Shown here piece by piece: positions 31,112 through 32,000 of a DNA stretch of 32,000 bases (within the stretch, counting starts at the first letter, position 1; every line of letters begins with the position of its first letter). The position numbers were made by a program, and so were the translations under genes. The notes below the pieces were generated by a model. The model was given only the letters and a program-made list of their open reading frames with translations. It made no database searches and was not told the origin of the DNA. Source of the stretch: Rhodospirillales bacterium (GTDB taxonomy: Bacteria > Pseudomonadota > Alphaproteobacteria > Reyranellales > Reyranellaceae); contig JACPOB010000091.1 in assembly GCA_016185145.1 (NCBI GenBank), forward strand, positions 15,788-47,787. The letters run 5' to 3'.

Positions 31112-32000
31112 ATGAGGACAGCCGCGATCGAGGTCGCCGGTTTGCTCTCCACGCTGAGCGCGGTTGGCGTCCAGAAGCAGCTCGCCCGCTTGCCCGGCGT
31201 CGGGAAGGCCGAAGTCAACTACGTCGCGGGCAGCGCAACCGTCACCTTTGACGAGACGATCACCGACGTCAGGGCGATCAAGGCCCAGGTGCGCGAGTGC
31301 GGCTATCACTGCGCCGGCGAGCAGCTGCCGAGGCATGTCTGCACCCTGGCCGACCCACCGGACGAAGCGGTCGCTGTGCCGGCACCGGGCCACGAAGACC
31401 GTCCGCACGCCGGCCACGACGTGCATCGGGCAGCGGCCAACTCAAGCGAACACGCGGCGGTAGCCGGAAAGGCCGGCGGGATGGCCCACGAGATGGGTCA
31501 CGGCGCGAGTATGGACATGCAAGCGATGGTGCGCGACATGCGCAATCGCTTCTGGGTCGCGCTGGTCTTCAGCATACCGATCTTCGTCTACTCGCCGATG
31601 GGTGGCATGTTCACGCCGCCGGCACCGCCTTTGGGGCTTCGCCTCGATCTGTGGCTATTCCTCCTCGCCACCGTCGCGGTCGTCTACCCGAGCTGGCCGT
31701 TCCTCGTTGCCGCCTGGCGAGCGCTGAAGAACGGCGTGCTTAACATGGCCGTGCTCGTGGTGCTCTCGGTCGGCACCGGCTATCTGTTTAGCGTGGGCGC
31801 CACCCTTTTCTTCCCCGGGGTGCAGTTCTACGAGGCGGTGGCGGTCCTCCTAGTCTTCATCCTGCTCGGCCATTGGCTGGAGATGCGGGCGCGCGCCGGG
31901 GCCTCCGATGCAATCCGTGCCCTCATGGACCTTGCCCCGCCGGTGGCCATGGTGCTGCGGGACGGGCGGGAGCTCGAGGTGCCGACAGCCGAGGTGCTGG
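31112..32000 (+). CDS. heavy-metal P1B-type ATPase, N-terminal part (runs off the window), His-rich, HMA-like domain without CxxC
   Basis: Not in the ORF track because there is no stop in the window. Manual translation from the ATG at 31112 (RBS AAGGAGGA 7 nt upstream): MRTAAIEVAGLLSTLSAVGVQKQLARLPGVGKAEVNYVAGSATVTFDE..., then HEDRPHAGHDVH, then the TM region RNRFWVALVFSIPIFVYSPMGG...LLGHWLEMRARAGASDAIRALMDLAP. The CPx and DKTG motifs lie beyond the window. Confidence 0.85.
   Translation, partial: MRTAAIEVAGLLSTLSAVGVQKQLARLPGVGKAEVNYVAGSATVTFDETITDVRAIKAQVRECGYHCAGEQLPRHVCTLADPPDEAVAVPAPGHEDRPHAGHDVHRAAANSSEHAAVAGKAGGMAHEMGHGASMDMQAMVRDMRNRFWVALVFSIPIFVYSPMGGMFTPPAPPLGLRLDLWLFLLATVAVVYPSWPFLVAAWRALKNGVLNMAVLVVLSVGTGYLFSVGATLFFPGVQFYEAVAVLLVFILLGHWLEMRARAGASDAIRALMDLAPPVAMVLRDGRELEVPTAEVL

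Noticed and set aside
29923-31218. 431-aa minus-strand ORF
   Set aside because: It is antisense to ppk2, which has clear PPK2 motifs, and to the start of the ATPase. It is a shadow ORF.
1-32000. Search for CRISPR arrays, rRNA or tRNA genes, integrases, toxin-antitoxin systems or known defence-system genes
   Set aside because: No regularly spaced repeats, no structured RNA gene signatures, and no ORF with nuclease, ATPase or defence-type motifs were seen. The window is dominated by metal, redox and maturation genes plus IS debris.

Overview
High-GC window, probably alpha-proteobacterial (Bradyrhizobiaceae-like; inferred from protein families and codon usage, no search was run). All family calls come from reading the translations and recalling motifs, so they need HMM or BLAST confirmation. 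Left to right: a Crp/Fnr regulator, an IS256 transposase remnant, oleate hydratase, and a stretch of ABC-ATPase and alpha/beta-hydrolase gene fragments. Then a copper-resistance operon (frameshifted cusF-like gene, copA multicopper oxidase, copB) that diverges from a Met-rich Spy/LTXXQ-like periplasmic protein. Next is a self-contained [NiFe]-hydrogenase cluster: Tat-exported small subunit with no membrane anchor, large subunit, an exported CxxCH + Spy/LTXXQ fusion protein, then hypC-hypA-hypB-hypD-hupD-hypF-hypE and a convergent HupH_C-like gene. After that come a decayed DUF1622 gene, lipoproteins, a class III adenylate cyclase, adhP, a decayed IS630-family element with TA target duplication, a GH15 glucoamylase with one homopolymer frameshift, a di-haem cytochrome c, ppk2, and the 5' part of a His-rich P1B-type ATPase. 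Three signals stand out. (1) Ten perfect TTGA-N6-TCAA (FNR/FixK-type) palindromes occur, all intergenic and most at promoter-like distances from start codons, so the window reads as a dense low-oxygen regulon island. (2) The hydrogenase looks periplasmic and soluble, with a standard O2-sensitive-type proximal cluster signature and no cytochrome b, Isp or HybAB partner. Its structural genes are bracketed by two paralogous Spy-like genes, one of them fused to a haem-c motif domain. (3) Frameshifted, truncated or chimeric genes are unusually frequent, which means either real decay or homopolymer sequencing errors. No rRNA, tRNA or CRISPR array was seen.
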